Shown: positions 39,735-49,165 of the stretch, piece after piece
Position numbering within the stretch: the first letter of the stretch is position 1
Layout of the letters: each line of letters begins with the position of its first letter
Source of the DNA: an uncultured Clostridia bacterium
GTDB taxonomy: Bacteria; Bacillota; Clostridia; TANB77; CAG-508
Direction: 5' to 3'
DNA length: 64,000 nt
NCBI GenBank assembly: GCA_944392445.1
Contig: CALXWT010000001.1
Coordinates: 12,630-76,629 of the forward strand
The notes under the pieces: model-generated
The model's input: the letters and a program-made list of their open reading frames with translations, nothing else
Databases searched by the model: none
Told to the model about the DNA's origin: nothing
Program-made: the position numbers and the translations under genes

Positions 39735-40800
39735 GTGACAGAAGGAATTGAAGAAATTTTGAAATTGATAGCACCTGGTACACCAATAAGAAATGGATTG
39801 GAGAATATTTTAAATGCTAAGACAGGAGCTCTAATAGCAATCGCAGACAATGAAGAAGTTCTAAAATTAGTTGATCGGGGGATTTAAACTAGATGTAGAC
39901 TTTAGTCCAGCTAAATTATATGAACTTGCTAAGATGGATGGAGCTATTATATTGAGTTCTGACTTTAAGAAAATTTTATATGCTAATACGCAATTAATAC
40001 CTTCACCCGAAATTTCTACCACTGAGACTGGTACTAGGCATAGAACTGCAGAACGTACGGCAAAACAAACTGGCTCTTTAGTAATTAGTATATCGCAAAG
40101 AAGAGGTATAATTACTTTATTTAGAGAAAATGAAAGGTATGTGTTAAGAAATTCGGCAGATGTTATTTCAAAAGCTAATCAAGCTTTACAAATTGTAGAA
40201 AAATATAAGAAAGTATTTGATAATAAGATAAATATACTTAATGAATATGAATTTAATGATATTGTAACATTAGAAAATGTAATTACAGTAATACAAAGAG
40301 CAGAATTAGTTATGAAAATCGCAACTGAGGTTGAACGAGCGATAGATGAATTAGGCGAAGAGGGCAGATTATTAGAAATGCAACTAGATGAAACTGTTGG
40401 AGATTTAGAAAAAGAGGAACTTTTGATTATTAAAGACTATATTGCACCTGGTAAGAAAAGAAATGCAGAAAAAATTCTATTAGAACTTAAAAATATTGTG
40501 TATGAGAATCTTATAAAACCAGATAAAATAGCTAATTTATTAGGTTATGAGGATTTTGACAATTATGATGAAGTTGGTGTATACACCAGAGGTTATAGAA
40601 TATTAAATAAAATACCAAGAATGCCAAGCACTATAGTGGAAAACTTAGTAAAAACTTTTAAATCATTCCAACACATATTGGTTGCAGATATTCCAAAACT
40701 TGATGAAGTAGATGGAATAGGAGAAATTAGAGCAAGGACTATTAAGCAATCCTTAAAAAGAATGCAAGAACAATTTGTATTTGATAATTTAATAATGTAA
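39735..40800 (+). CDS. disA: DNA integrity scanning protein DisA (diadenylate cyclase), split by one single-C (+1) shift
   Basis: GTG 39735 follows [31 protein letters not shown]... continues after C39876 as [27 protein letters not shown]...[10 protein letters not shown]. About 354 aa once joined. Confidence 0.88.
39876..39878 (+). other. in-frame CGG at ORF break; +1 continuation restores conserved GG
   Basis: GTT GAT CGG GGG ATT TAA. Skipping the C gives GGG GGA TTT AAA CTA GAT = VD-GGFKLD. Confidence 0.7.
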
Positions 40801-40816
40801 AGAGAGGAATAGAAAG

Positions 40817-41797
40817 ATGAATAAAACATTAGTTAGAATTTTATTAATATTAGGAATTATTTTAGTTATAGTAGGTATAGCATTTGCTAGTTACGGAGTA
40901 TATAAAAAATATACAATAAATATACCAAATCCAGTAGCTACTATAGAAATAGAAGATTATGGAACAATTAAAGTAGAATTATATCCTGATAAAGCACCAA
41001 ATACAGTAGCTAATTTTATTAGATTAGCAAACAGAGAATTTTATGACGGATCTACTTTCCATAGAACAATGCCAGACTTTGTTATACAGGGAGGGGCAAA
41101 GGATGGAGATACTACAGCATCTCCTAAACTTAGCGATATATATGATTTAGACGAAGTTTTAAATAATAAGGAATTATTTGAGAAAATTTTGAATGAGTTT
41201 TATGATGGAGAATATACTACAAACGATGATACAACCATAAATTCTTATTCTGATTTCCAAAAATATAAAAAGGAATTTGAAAAAGAGCACAAAAACGAAG
41301 AAAATACAAGTGTAAATTCTGAATTTGAGGATTTCCTAAATACTGAATATAATATAGTAGGAGAATTTATAGCAAATGGAGATAATGACAATAATATAAA
41401 ACATGAAGAAGGAGTTATATCTATGGCAAGAAGTGACTATAGCACATATGGATATGCATCAGAAGGATATAATTCGGCAGGGTGCCAATTCTTTATAATG
41501 TCAGCAGATAATACAGATTTAGATGGACTATATGCACCATTTGGAAAAGTTATAGAAGGTATGGATGTAGTAGAGGAAATAGCAAATGTAGAAGTATACT
41601 ATAGAGACGACGAAGTAGATGAAGATTTTGAAGTACCAGAAGATGAAGATGGAAATGAAATAGCATCTGATACACCAAAAAATGAACCTGTTATAACAAG
41701 TATAAGAGTGGAAACTTATGGAGTAGATTATGGTGCACCAGAAACAATCGTACCTTTTGATGTATCATCAATATTTTCTAGCTTATATAACTATTAG
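40817..41797 (+). CDS. membrane-anchored cyclophilin-type peptidyl-prolyl isomerase with internal insertion
   Basis: N-terminal TM. YPDKAPNTVANFIRLA...FHRTMPDFVIQGG ... GCQFFIM ... FGKVIEGMDVV. Confidence 0.85.
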   Translation: MNKTLVRILLILGIILVIVGIAFASYGVYKKYTINIPNPVATIEIEDYGTIKVELYPDKAPNTVANFIRLANREFYDGSTFHRTMPDFVIQGGAKDGDTTASPKLSDIYDLDEVLNNKELFEKILNEFYDGEYTTNDDTTINSYSDFQKYKKEFEKEHKNEENTSVNSEFEDFLNTEYNIVGEFIANGDNDNNIKHEEGVISMARSDYSTYGYASEGYNSAGCQFFIMSADNTDLDGLYAPFGKVIEGMDVVEEIANVEVYYRDDEVDEDFEVPEDEDGNEIASDTPKNEPVITSIRVETYGVDYGAPETIVPFDVSSIFSSLYNY

Positions 41798-41852
41798 TGG
41801 TTTATAGGTATAGCCATAAAAACCTAAATTAATTATCTTAGAGGCAAGAAAA

Positions 41853-41999
41853 ATGGATAAATCAAATAAAAAAGAAAAAACTAAAAAAAATAGAAGAGAT
41901 ATAGGGAAAATCGCAACCAAAATAATGGCTGCAATCCTTGCAATACTAATGATACTTGCAGTAGGAGGAACACTAGTATACTATTTAATAAATATGTAG
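41853..41999 (+). CDS. possible 48-aa tail-anchored membrane peptide
   Basis: MDKSNKKEKTKKNRRDIGKIATKIMAAILAILMILAVGGTLVYYLINM. The RBS is weak (AGAGG). Confidence 0.35.
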   Translation: MDKSNKKEKTKKNRRDIGKIATKIMAAILAILMILAVGGTLVYYLINM

Positions 42000-42015
42000 A
42001 AAAAGAGGAAATTAT

Positions 42016-42951
42016 ATGAATGTATTTTCGGCCAATATAAATAGACTTGGAGAAAGCATAGCAGAATATGTAACAGATATTTCAAACAATCCATTTAAAC
42101 TAATAATTTTTATATTAGATATACTAATTGTAGGATATATAGCATATAAATTCATAAAGTCAGCAAGAAGTTCAAGAGTTTGGCAATTACTAAAAGGTAT
42201 TGTATTAATAGTTTTAATCACAATACTAAGTGGAATATTTGAACTTAGAATATTAAATTGGTTTTTAACAATCTTTACAACTTATGGTGTAATTGCATTG
42301 ATTGTAATATTCCAACCAGAATTAAGAAGAGTACTAGAACAATTAGGAACAAATAAGTTTACTAAATTTTTAGGAATAGGCTTAGAAAAAAGTTTAGAAA
42401 CAAAAACAAAGGAAGATATATATAAAGTTGTAATTGCTGCAAAAGAATTATCAAACAATAAAGTAGGTGGGCTAATTGTAATAGAAAGGGATATACAACT
42501 AGACGACATAATGGATACTGGTGTAAAAATAGATGCTGAAGTATCACCTCAGCTATTAGTTAATTTATTTGTACCTAACACACCATTACACGACGGAGCA
42601 GTAGTAATAAGCAAAAATAAAATAGCTGCAGCAGCATGTATTTTACCACTATCTGATGACAAAAACATATCAAAAGGCTTAGGAACAAGACATAGAGCTG
42701 CAATTGGAATTTCAAGAGAAACTGATGCAATAGCTATTGTTGTATCAGAGGAAACAAGTAAAATATCTATTGCAAAAGATGGTAATTTAATAGTAGATTT
42801 AAAAGAAGAAGCTTTAAAAAATATTCTAATAAAAAATTTAGTAACGAAAAAATTTGGAAATGAGGAAAGCACAAATAAGCATAGGCCCAAATTTAGAAAA
42901 GCTAAAAAGAAAGAAGAAAAATTAGATAACGAAAAAAAAGAAATCAAATAA
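42016..42951 (+). CDS. cdaA: diadenylate cyclase CdaA (DacA) with Lys-rich C-terminal tail
   Basis: Three N-terminal TM segments and a DAC domain (PLHDGAVVI, GTRHRAA, VVSEETSKIS). Confidence 0.9.
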   Translation: MNVFSANINRLGESIAEYVTDISNNPFKLIIFILDILIVGYIAYKFIKSARSSRVWQLLKGIVLIVLITILSGIFELRILNWFLTIFTTYGVIALIVIFQPELRRVLEQLGTNKFTKFLGIGLEKSLETKTKEDIYKVVIAAKELSNNKVGGLIVIERDIQLDDIMDTGVKIDAEVSPQLLVNLFVPNTPLHDGAVVISKNKIAAAACILPLSDDKNISKGLGTRHRAAIGISRETDAIAIVVSEETSKISIAKDGNLIVDLKEEALKNILIKNLVTKKFGNEESTNKHRPKFRKAKKKEEKLDNEKKEIK

Positions 42952-42978
42952 ATATTAATGCAAGGAATAGATGAAAAA

Positions 42979-43718
42979 ATGCGAAATATTAAGTTGGTTA
43001 TAGAATATGATGGTAAAGATTTTAATGGATGGCAAAAACAACCAAACAAATTAAATATACAAGGAGAAATAGAAAGAGCCATAGAAGCAATAACACATGA
43101 AAGGGTAGAACTCATTGCTTCTGGAAGAACTGATGCGGGAGTGCATGCACTTCGGACAAGTAGCTAATTTTAAAACTAATTCAAATATTGATATAGAAAA
43201 AATACCAATAGCAATAAATTCACAGGTAAAAAATTCTATAAGAATAAAATCTGCAAAAGAAGTAGACGAAAATTTTCATAGTAGATTTAATTGCAAAAAA
43301 AAGACATATAGATATGTTATAGATAATTCTAAATATGGAACAGCAATTTATAGAAACTTAGTGTATCATTTTCCAATAAAATTAGATGTAGAAGCAATGA
43401 AAAAAGCAGTAAAATATCTTGAAGGAGAACATGATTTTAAGGCATTTAAATCTAGTGGAACAAGTAGTAAAACTAGCATAAGAACCATATATTCTGCTAA
43501 CATAGTAAAAGAAGGAGATAACATAGGAATAGAATTAACAGGAAATGGATTTTTGTATAATATGGTAAGAATAATAGCAGGAACTTTGTTGGATGTGGGA
43601 TTACGGAAAAATAAAACCAGAGGAAATTCCTAACATAATAGAAAGCAAAGACAGAAAAAAAGCAGGAAAAACACTTCCACCACATGGTCTTATGCTACTA
43701 CATGTGGACTATGACTAG
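42979..43718 (+). CDS. truA: tRNA pseudouridine(38-40) synthase TruA, split by two single-C (+1) shifts
   Basis: [23 protein letters not shown], catalytic [24 protein letters not shown]. Skipping C43153 and C43604 gives 245 aa ending ...[11 protein letters not shown]. Confidence 0.88.
43153..43155 (+). other. in-frame CGG at ORF break; +1 continuation restores conserved Gly
   Basis: GCA CTT CGG ACA AGT AGC TAA. Skipping the C gives GGA CAA GTA GCT AAT TTT = GVHAL-GQVANF. Confidence 0.7.
43604..43606 (+). other. in-frame CGG at ORF break; +1 continuation restores conserved Gly
   Basis: GGA TTA CGG AAA AAT ... TAA. Skipping the C gives GGA AAA ATA AAA CCA GAG GAA = DVGL-GKIKPEE. Confidence 0.7.
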
Positions 43719-43974
43719 AACAATTGAGTTGTTAATTTTTATGAATTATTATATATTTTTTTATAAAAGAAAGAGTGTGTATTTTTTTTCTTTATATTGA
43801 AGTCTTAAGGTGGGGACCGACAAGTTTACAAACTGTAAAAACAAAACTTTAGTTTTGGCTTATACAGTTTGTACGCTGTTGGGGGACGTAAATATAAAGA
43901 AAAAAAATACACACTCTTTCTCTTACTAAAAGATAATTCATAAAAATTAATGTCTCAATTGTTCCAGTAACAAA
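43718..43974. repeat. ~257-bp palindrome with REP-like core, overlapping the truA stop codon
   Basis: About 80-bp arms (GAACAATTGAG...CTTTATATT / AATATAAAG...CTCAATTGTTC). The core contains GGGGACCGACAAGTTT and GTTTGTACGCTGTTGGGGGAC, which resemble REP segments. Confidence 0.85.
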
Positions 43975-44040
43975 AAATAATGTAATTACATAAGATATAT
44001 AAAACGTATTAGAGCATTTAACTGCTCAAATGGAGGTCTT

Positions 44041-44511
44041 ATGAATACATTATTATTACTTTTTTTAGCACTACCAATTGCTACAATAATATTATCAATA
44101 GTTTTATTAAAAATATTAAAATGTCCTGCTTTGGTGGCAGCAACATTTTTTGCCATATACTTAATTTTAACATATGCAATATTTGGTTCAGATTTCTTGA
44201 TATTGGCTATTCTATATACTATACTCTCATATATTACGGCGGTTATTACTAAAATAATATGTAAAATAATTGAAAGAATAAATAGGTGCTCGAATTATAG
44301 AGAAGGAGAAAATAATAATTGTTGTACTAGTATTTGCAATTGTACAAATAATAGTAATAATAATAGTACAACAAACAACGTGGCAACCAGTTCAAGTTTA
44401 CCAAGAGCACAATTTACAGTAACCACGAATCAAGCAAATCCTGTTTTATTTTTAGGAAATAGAAATACCACATCAGGAAGGCAAAACTGTTGCAGTTGTA
44501 GAAGAAGATAG
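44041..44511 (+). CDS. hypothetical membrane protein with Cys/Asn-rich tail
   Basis: 156 aa with 3 hydrophobic segments, then NNNCCTSICNCTNNSNNN...CCSCRRR. Confidence 0.45.
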   Translation: MNTLLLLFLALPIATIILSIVLLKILKCPALVAATFFAIYLILTYAIFGSDFLILAILYTILSYITAVITKIICKIIERINRCSNYREGENNNCCTSICNCTNNSNNNSTTNNVATSSSLPRAQFTVTTNQANPVLFLGNRNTTSGRQNCCSCRRR

Positions 44512-44515
44512 AACA

Positions 44516-44553
44516 TTACAAAAATATTACAATAATATTAATTTTTTATTACA
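44516..44553. promoter_or_regulatory. TTACA-core repeats at 11/22-bp spacing upstream of the Tad-like locus
   Basis: TTACA at 44516, 44527 and 44549. Confidence 0.4.
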
Positions 44554-44641
44554 AAAAAGCTAATGTTATTGTATTTTTTTTTATATTGTTGTAAAATAAA
44601 ATATGAAATAGTATTTTGTCAAAATCAAGGAGGAATAAATT

Positions 44642-45580
44642 ATGGCAGTTAATCCAATGCAAAGAAAGGCAAACAATTCATTTTTATTAGGAATTTTAGT
44701 TACATTATTAATTACAGGCTTAATAATAGCTTTTTTGATATTGCAAATATCTCAATTAAATAGTGAGATTGAAGAAACATCATCGCACATAGTATATGCC
44801 TATGTTGTTACCGATACAATACAATCTGGTACCGAGATAACGGCAGATAAAATACAAGGAATAGAAGTAAATATAGCAACAGATACATCATCATTATACA
44901 CAGGTCAATCAAGAGATGCTGATGGAAATCCAACAGCTGACACAACAGCTTCTCTTTTTCCAGCTGGACTTAAAGCAAAAATTGATTTGAATCCAGGTGC
45001 TATTTTAACAACAGATATGACTTATGAAGAGGAAGCAATTAGTAATGACCTAAGAAGTGTAGAATATAATGTTATAACTATAAATAGCCAATTACAAACA
45101 GGTGATTATATAGATATAAGATTAAGAACACCTGATGGTAGAAATTTAATAGTAGTATCTCATAAAGAAGTAACAATACCAGACCTTGCAGGTGTAGATT
45201 CAACAAACTGTATATGGATGGATTTAACAGAAGAAGAAATTCTAATGTTAAGCTGTGCTATAGTGGAGTCTTATGAAATGAATGGTGCTATGCTATATAG
45301 TACAAAATATGTAGAAGCAGGAATACAAGAAGCAGCTACAGTAACTTATGTGCCAAACGATGAAGTAAGAGCACTAATTGAAAGAGATCCAAATATAGTA
45401 CAAGAAGCTAAAAATGCATTATTAACAGTATTAAATTCTAATAGTGAATTAGTAAGACCAGGTATAGAAAGTGCAACAAATAATGAAGATGCAGCTGATA
45501 ATGTAGTACAAAAAACAGAAGATGAAATCTCAAGCTTACAAGATGAGAGAGAAGCATATATAGATTCATTAGGTGGATAG
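44642..45580 (+). CDS. CpaB/RcpC-like pilus assembly protein (TM + SAF-like domain)
   Basis: N-terminal TM followed by VYAYVVTDTIQSGTEITADKIQG, which is SAF-like. It is the first gene of the locus. Confidence 0.5.
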   Translation: MAVNPMQRKANNSFLLGILVTLLITGLIIAFLILQISQLNSEIEETSSHIVYAYVVTDTIQSGTEITADKIQGIEVNIATDTSSLYTGQSRDADGNPTADTTASLFPAGLKAKIDLNPGAILTTDMTYEEEAISNDLRSVEYNVITINSQLQTGDYIDIRLRTPDGRNLIVVSHKEVTIPDLAGVDSTNCIWMDLTEEEILMLSCAIVESYEMNGAMLYSTKYVEAGIQEAATVTYVPNDEVRALIERDPNIVQEAKNALLTVLNSNSELVRPGIESATNNEDAADNVVQKTEDEISSLQDEREAYIDSLGG

Positions 45581-45600
45581 AAGTAAATTTAGGAGGAAAT

Positions 45601-46299
45601 ATGAGAAAAATAAGCTTTATAGGAACTTATGACAAAATAGACTTAATATTATACATAGCTAAAATATTAGTAGCAACAGATAAAAAAGTTTTAGTAATAG
45701 ATTCAACAGTTAATCAAAAGGCTAAATACGTAGTACCAGTTATAAAGCCTACTAAAGCTTATGTTACTGAATTTGAAGATATAGATGTAGCAGTAGGATT
45801 CAACAATCTAAATGAAATAAAAGAATATTTGGGAATGCCTATACATGCGGAGTTACCTTATGATATTGCTCTATTAGATATAGATTCGTATCAAAGTATT
45901 GTCGACTTTGGAATTGACAATACAGAAAGAAATTATTTTGTTACAGGACTAGATTTGTACACTTTGAAAAAAGGGCTTGAAATATTAAGTGGCATTACTG
46001 AAATACTTAACTTAACTAAAGTATTCTTCTCAAAAAATGCTACTAAAGAAGATGATGATTATTTAAACTATCTGTCATTAGGTTATAAAATTCAATGGAG
46101 TGAAGAAATAATATATTTCCCATTTGAAGTTGGAGACCAAAGTGTTATGGCAGAAAACCAAAGAGTAGCAAAAATAAAATTCAAAAAATTAAGTGCACAA
46201 TATAAAGAAGCACTAATATATATAGTAGAACAAATACTTGACCAAAATGAATATGCAAAAATGAAAAGAATTTTTAAACAATTAGAAAAAGGAGTTTAG
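45601..46299 (+). CDS. ParA/MinD-fold protein with degenerate Walker A (TadZ/CpaE-like)
   Basis: KISFIGTYDKIDLILYIAKILVATDKKVLVIDST has the ParA-like layout, but the GKT loop is lost. Confidence 0.4.
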   Translation: MRKISFIGTYDKIDLILYIAKILVATDKKVLVIDSTVNQKAKYVVPVIKPTKAYVTEFEDIDVAVGFNNLNEIKEYLGMPIHAELPYDIALLDIDSYQSIVDFGIDNTERNYFVTGLDLYTLKKGLEILSGITEILNLTKVFFSKNATKEDDDYLNYLSLGYKIQWSEEIIYFPFEVGDQSVMAENQRVAKIKFKKLSAQYKEALIYIVEQILDQNEYAKMKRIFKQLEKGV

Positions 46300-46301
46300 T
46301 A

Positions 46302-47138
46302 ATGGCAATAATAACTTTTATAAGTAATGAACAAAAAGAAACAGGACAGACACTATCGTTAGTAGCTGTTGCAACACAGATGGCTATTGAACATAGCTAT
46401 AGGATATTGATAGTATCAACAAATTTTAAAGATCAAACACTAGAAAATTGTTACTGGGAGCTAGATAGACTTAATAAACCTATAATGAAAGACCAAAAAG
46501 CAAATGTAGGAGTAGACTCTGGAATTGAGGGACTAATAAGAGTTTTAGCTAGTAATAAAACAAGTAATGAAATTGTAAAAAACTATTCTAAAACTGTTTT
46601 GAGAGACAGATTAGATATACTATTATCTCCGGCAACTGAAGAATATAAAGACTATATTCAAATATGTAGAGAATACCCAGAAATACTTAGAGTGGCTAAC
46701 AGAAATTATGATTTAGTGTTTGTGGATTTAAGCAGTAGAATGCAAGATAAAGAAAGAGAAGATATAATAAATGTTTCAGATTTAGTTGTTGTAAATATAA
46801 CACAAAGATTGAAAACAATTAATGATTTTATGGAATTAAAAGAAAATAATCAGTTTTATAAAGGCAAAAATGTAATATTATTAATGGGAAGATATGATGC
46901 ACACTCTAAATATAATGTAAAAAATGTTACAAGATATTTAAAAGAGAAAAAAGATATTTTAGCAATACCATATAATACATTGTACTTTGAATCTTGTTCA
47001 GAAGGAAAAGCTATTGATTTCTTCTTGAGTTTTAAAACTGTTGAGGAAGGAGATAGAAATAGACAACTTGTTAATGAGGCAAATAGAGCTGATGAAGCTA
47101 TAATTTATAAATTACAAGAATTACAAATGAAGATATAA
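46302..47138 (+). CDS. second ParA/MinD-fold protein with degenerate Walker A
   Basis: IITFISNEQKETGQTLSLVAVATQMA...RILIVSTN. A deviant P-loop. Confidence 0.4.
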   Translation: MAIITFISNEQKETGQTLSLVAVATQMAIEHSYRILIVSTNFKDQTLENCYWELDRLNKPIMKDQKANVGVDSGIEGLIRVLASNKTSNEIVKNYSKTVLRDRLDILLSPATEEYKDYIQICREYPEILRVANRNYDLVFVDLSSRMQDKEREDIINVSDLVVVNITQRLKTINDFMELKENNQFYKGKNVILLMGRYDAHSKYNVKNVTRYLKEKKDILAIPYNTLYFESCSEGKAIDFFLSFKTVEEGDRNRQLVNEANRADEAIIYKLQELQMKI

Positions 47139-47159
47139 TCCTTGGAAAGGAGAAAAAAT

Positions 47160-49141
47160 ATGGTAAACTTATTACTGATAGCAATAGTTGTAATTATAGC
47201 CTTTGCATTACTTATTAATTTTATTAGAAAAAGAAAAAATGAAGAAAAAGAGGATGTGCTAGAGGTTGATGATAAGACATATACACTTGACATGATGGTA
47301 GCATTTGTTAAGAAAAGGCTTGATGAAATTACAAAGATTAACCTTTATGATATAGGTCTTTCAGAAGAAGAGCTAAAAAGAAGAAAAAATAAAAAATACG
47401 AATTGAAAAAAGCATTAAAAGGATGTACATATGGAGACGTTAATGATAAGAAATATGTAAAAGAATTAATTTATGACTTATTATATAAAGAATATGGTGT
47501 AGACGAAACAAACGTATCAAAAGCTATTCCATTTGATATACCATCGCTTTTAACTGCACAAGATAAATTCGACATAATTTTGTATATGTATAAACAAGAA
47601 TTTGGTTATGAAGCTTTATCAGAAATAATTAAAAAATATGACCTAGCACAATTAAAATACATAGATGGAGAATCAAAGCCTTGTTATGTTATTACAGAGG
47701 AAGAAATAAGCGACATATTTGAAAAAGAAAATTTTGTATTAACACTAGAGGATAAAATTAATGTCGTAGTACAAAGAATATATCAAAAATATAAAGGATA
47801 TAGCAGTATAGACGAAATAAGGGATATGAACATAGATGGTATCTCGGGTGGTGTATCTGGACTTCCAGAATCATTCTTAAGCCAAGTTGCACAAACCGAT
47901 GGAGATTACTTAAGCCAAATAGCAGAACATAAAGTTCCACGTGCTTGTGATAGTATTTGGATTATGTATGCAGGTAAATCAATACGTTTAGCATTTTTAT
48001 CATTTGGAACAGAAGCAGAACTAAAGAGAGTATGTCAAAATATATATAAATACAATAACCCAGGTCAGTTATCTGATACAAACGGTTATAAAATCAATGA
48101 AATGAAAGATGGTTCTCGTGTCGTTGTTGTTAGACCTAGTATGTCTGAAACATGGGCATTCTTCGTAAGAAAATTCGACGTAAAGCGTGCAGCACTAGAA
48201 CAAATTATTCATGGACCAGGAAAAGACGAAGCAATAGATTTATTAAAATACTTAGTAAAAGGAGCAAGAATCATATCACTAACTGGTGAGCAAGGATGCC
48301 GGAAAAACCACAATGCTTATGGCTATGATAGAAAATATATACGAAACTATGAACCTACGTATTACAGAGACAGCATTCGAGCTTCACTTAAGAAAAATAT
48401 ATCCAACAAGAAACATATTATCAATGCGTGAAACAGAAACAGTTTCTGGACAAGCCTGCTTGGACGTTCAGAAAAAGACTGACGGTTCTGTTAATATAAT
48501 TCGGAGAGGTCGCTACAGACCCGGTTGCATCTTGGATGATTCAATCAGCGCAGGTTGCATCTAAATTTACATTATTTACTCACCACGCTAAGACTTTCCC
48601 AGACTTAGTTACAGCACTACGTAACTCAATGCTTAGAGCTGGTGTGTTCAGAAATGAAAAAACAGCAGAAGAGCAAGTTGTACAAGTTTTAAACTTCGAT
48701 ATTCACTTAGTTAAAGACTTTAGAGGAAGAAGATACATAGAAAGAGTAACAGAATGTATACCAGTAGAAGATAAAAACGAATATACTTACGACCATAGAA
48801 AAGAAAAAACAATAGAAGGAAAGCTAGACAAATTTATGGATAACGCAACAATGTATTTTACTAAAAGTACCAATAAAGAATTATATAAATACGTTAATAT
48901 TTTGGAATACCATGACGGATCTTATGTACTTACAAACCCAATTTCAGAACATAATATCACAGAAATGAGAAACAACATGGATGACAGTGATATTGATGGA
49001 TTTGAAAATTTCTTATATAGAAACTGGGGAATAAAATTAAAAAGATATACAGATACGGAAGAGGAAGCAGATAATAATATATTTGAAACAGTAGGAGAGA
49101 AAAAGACAGAAAGAAGAGGAAGACCTAAAAAAGCAGAATAA
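47160..49141 (+). CDS. TadA/CpaF-like secretion ATPase (VirB11/T2SSE superfamily), split by two single-C (+1) shifts
   Basis: N-terminal TM and long N-domain. Walker A GEQGC-GKTTMLMAM, then NII-GEVATDP...FTLFTHHA. Skipping C48300 and C48502 gives ~659 aa. Confidence 0.8.
48300..48302 (+). other. in-frame CGG at ORF break; +1 continuation restores Walker A glycine
   Basis: GGA TGC CGG AAA AAC. Skipping the C gives GGA AAA ACC ACA ATG = GEQGC-GKTTM. Confidence 0.7.
48502..48504 (+). other. in-frame CGG at ORF break; +1 continuation restores conserved Gly-Glu
   Basis: ATA ATT CGG AGA GGT. Skipping the C gives GGA GAG GTC GCT ACA GAC CCG = NII-GEVATDP. Confidence 0.7.
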
Positions 49142-49165
49142 TAACAAGGAGGTGCTACTTAGTCA

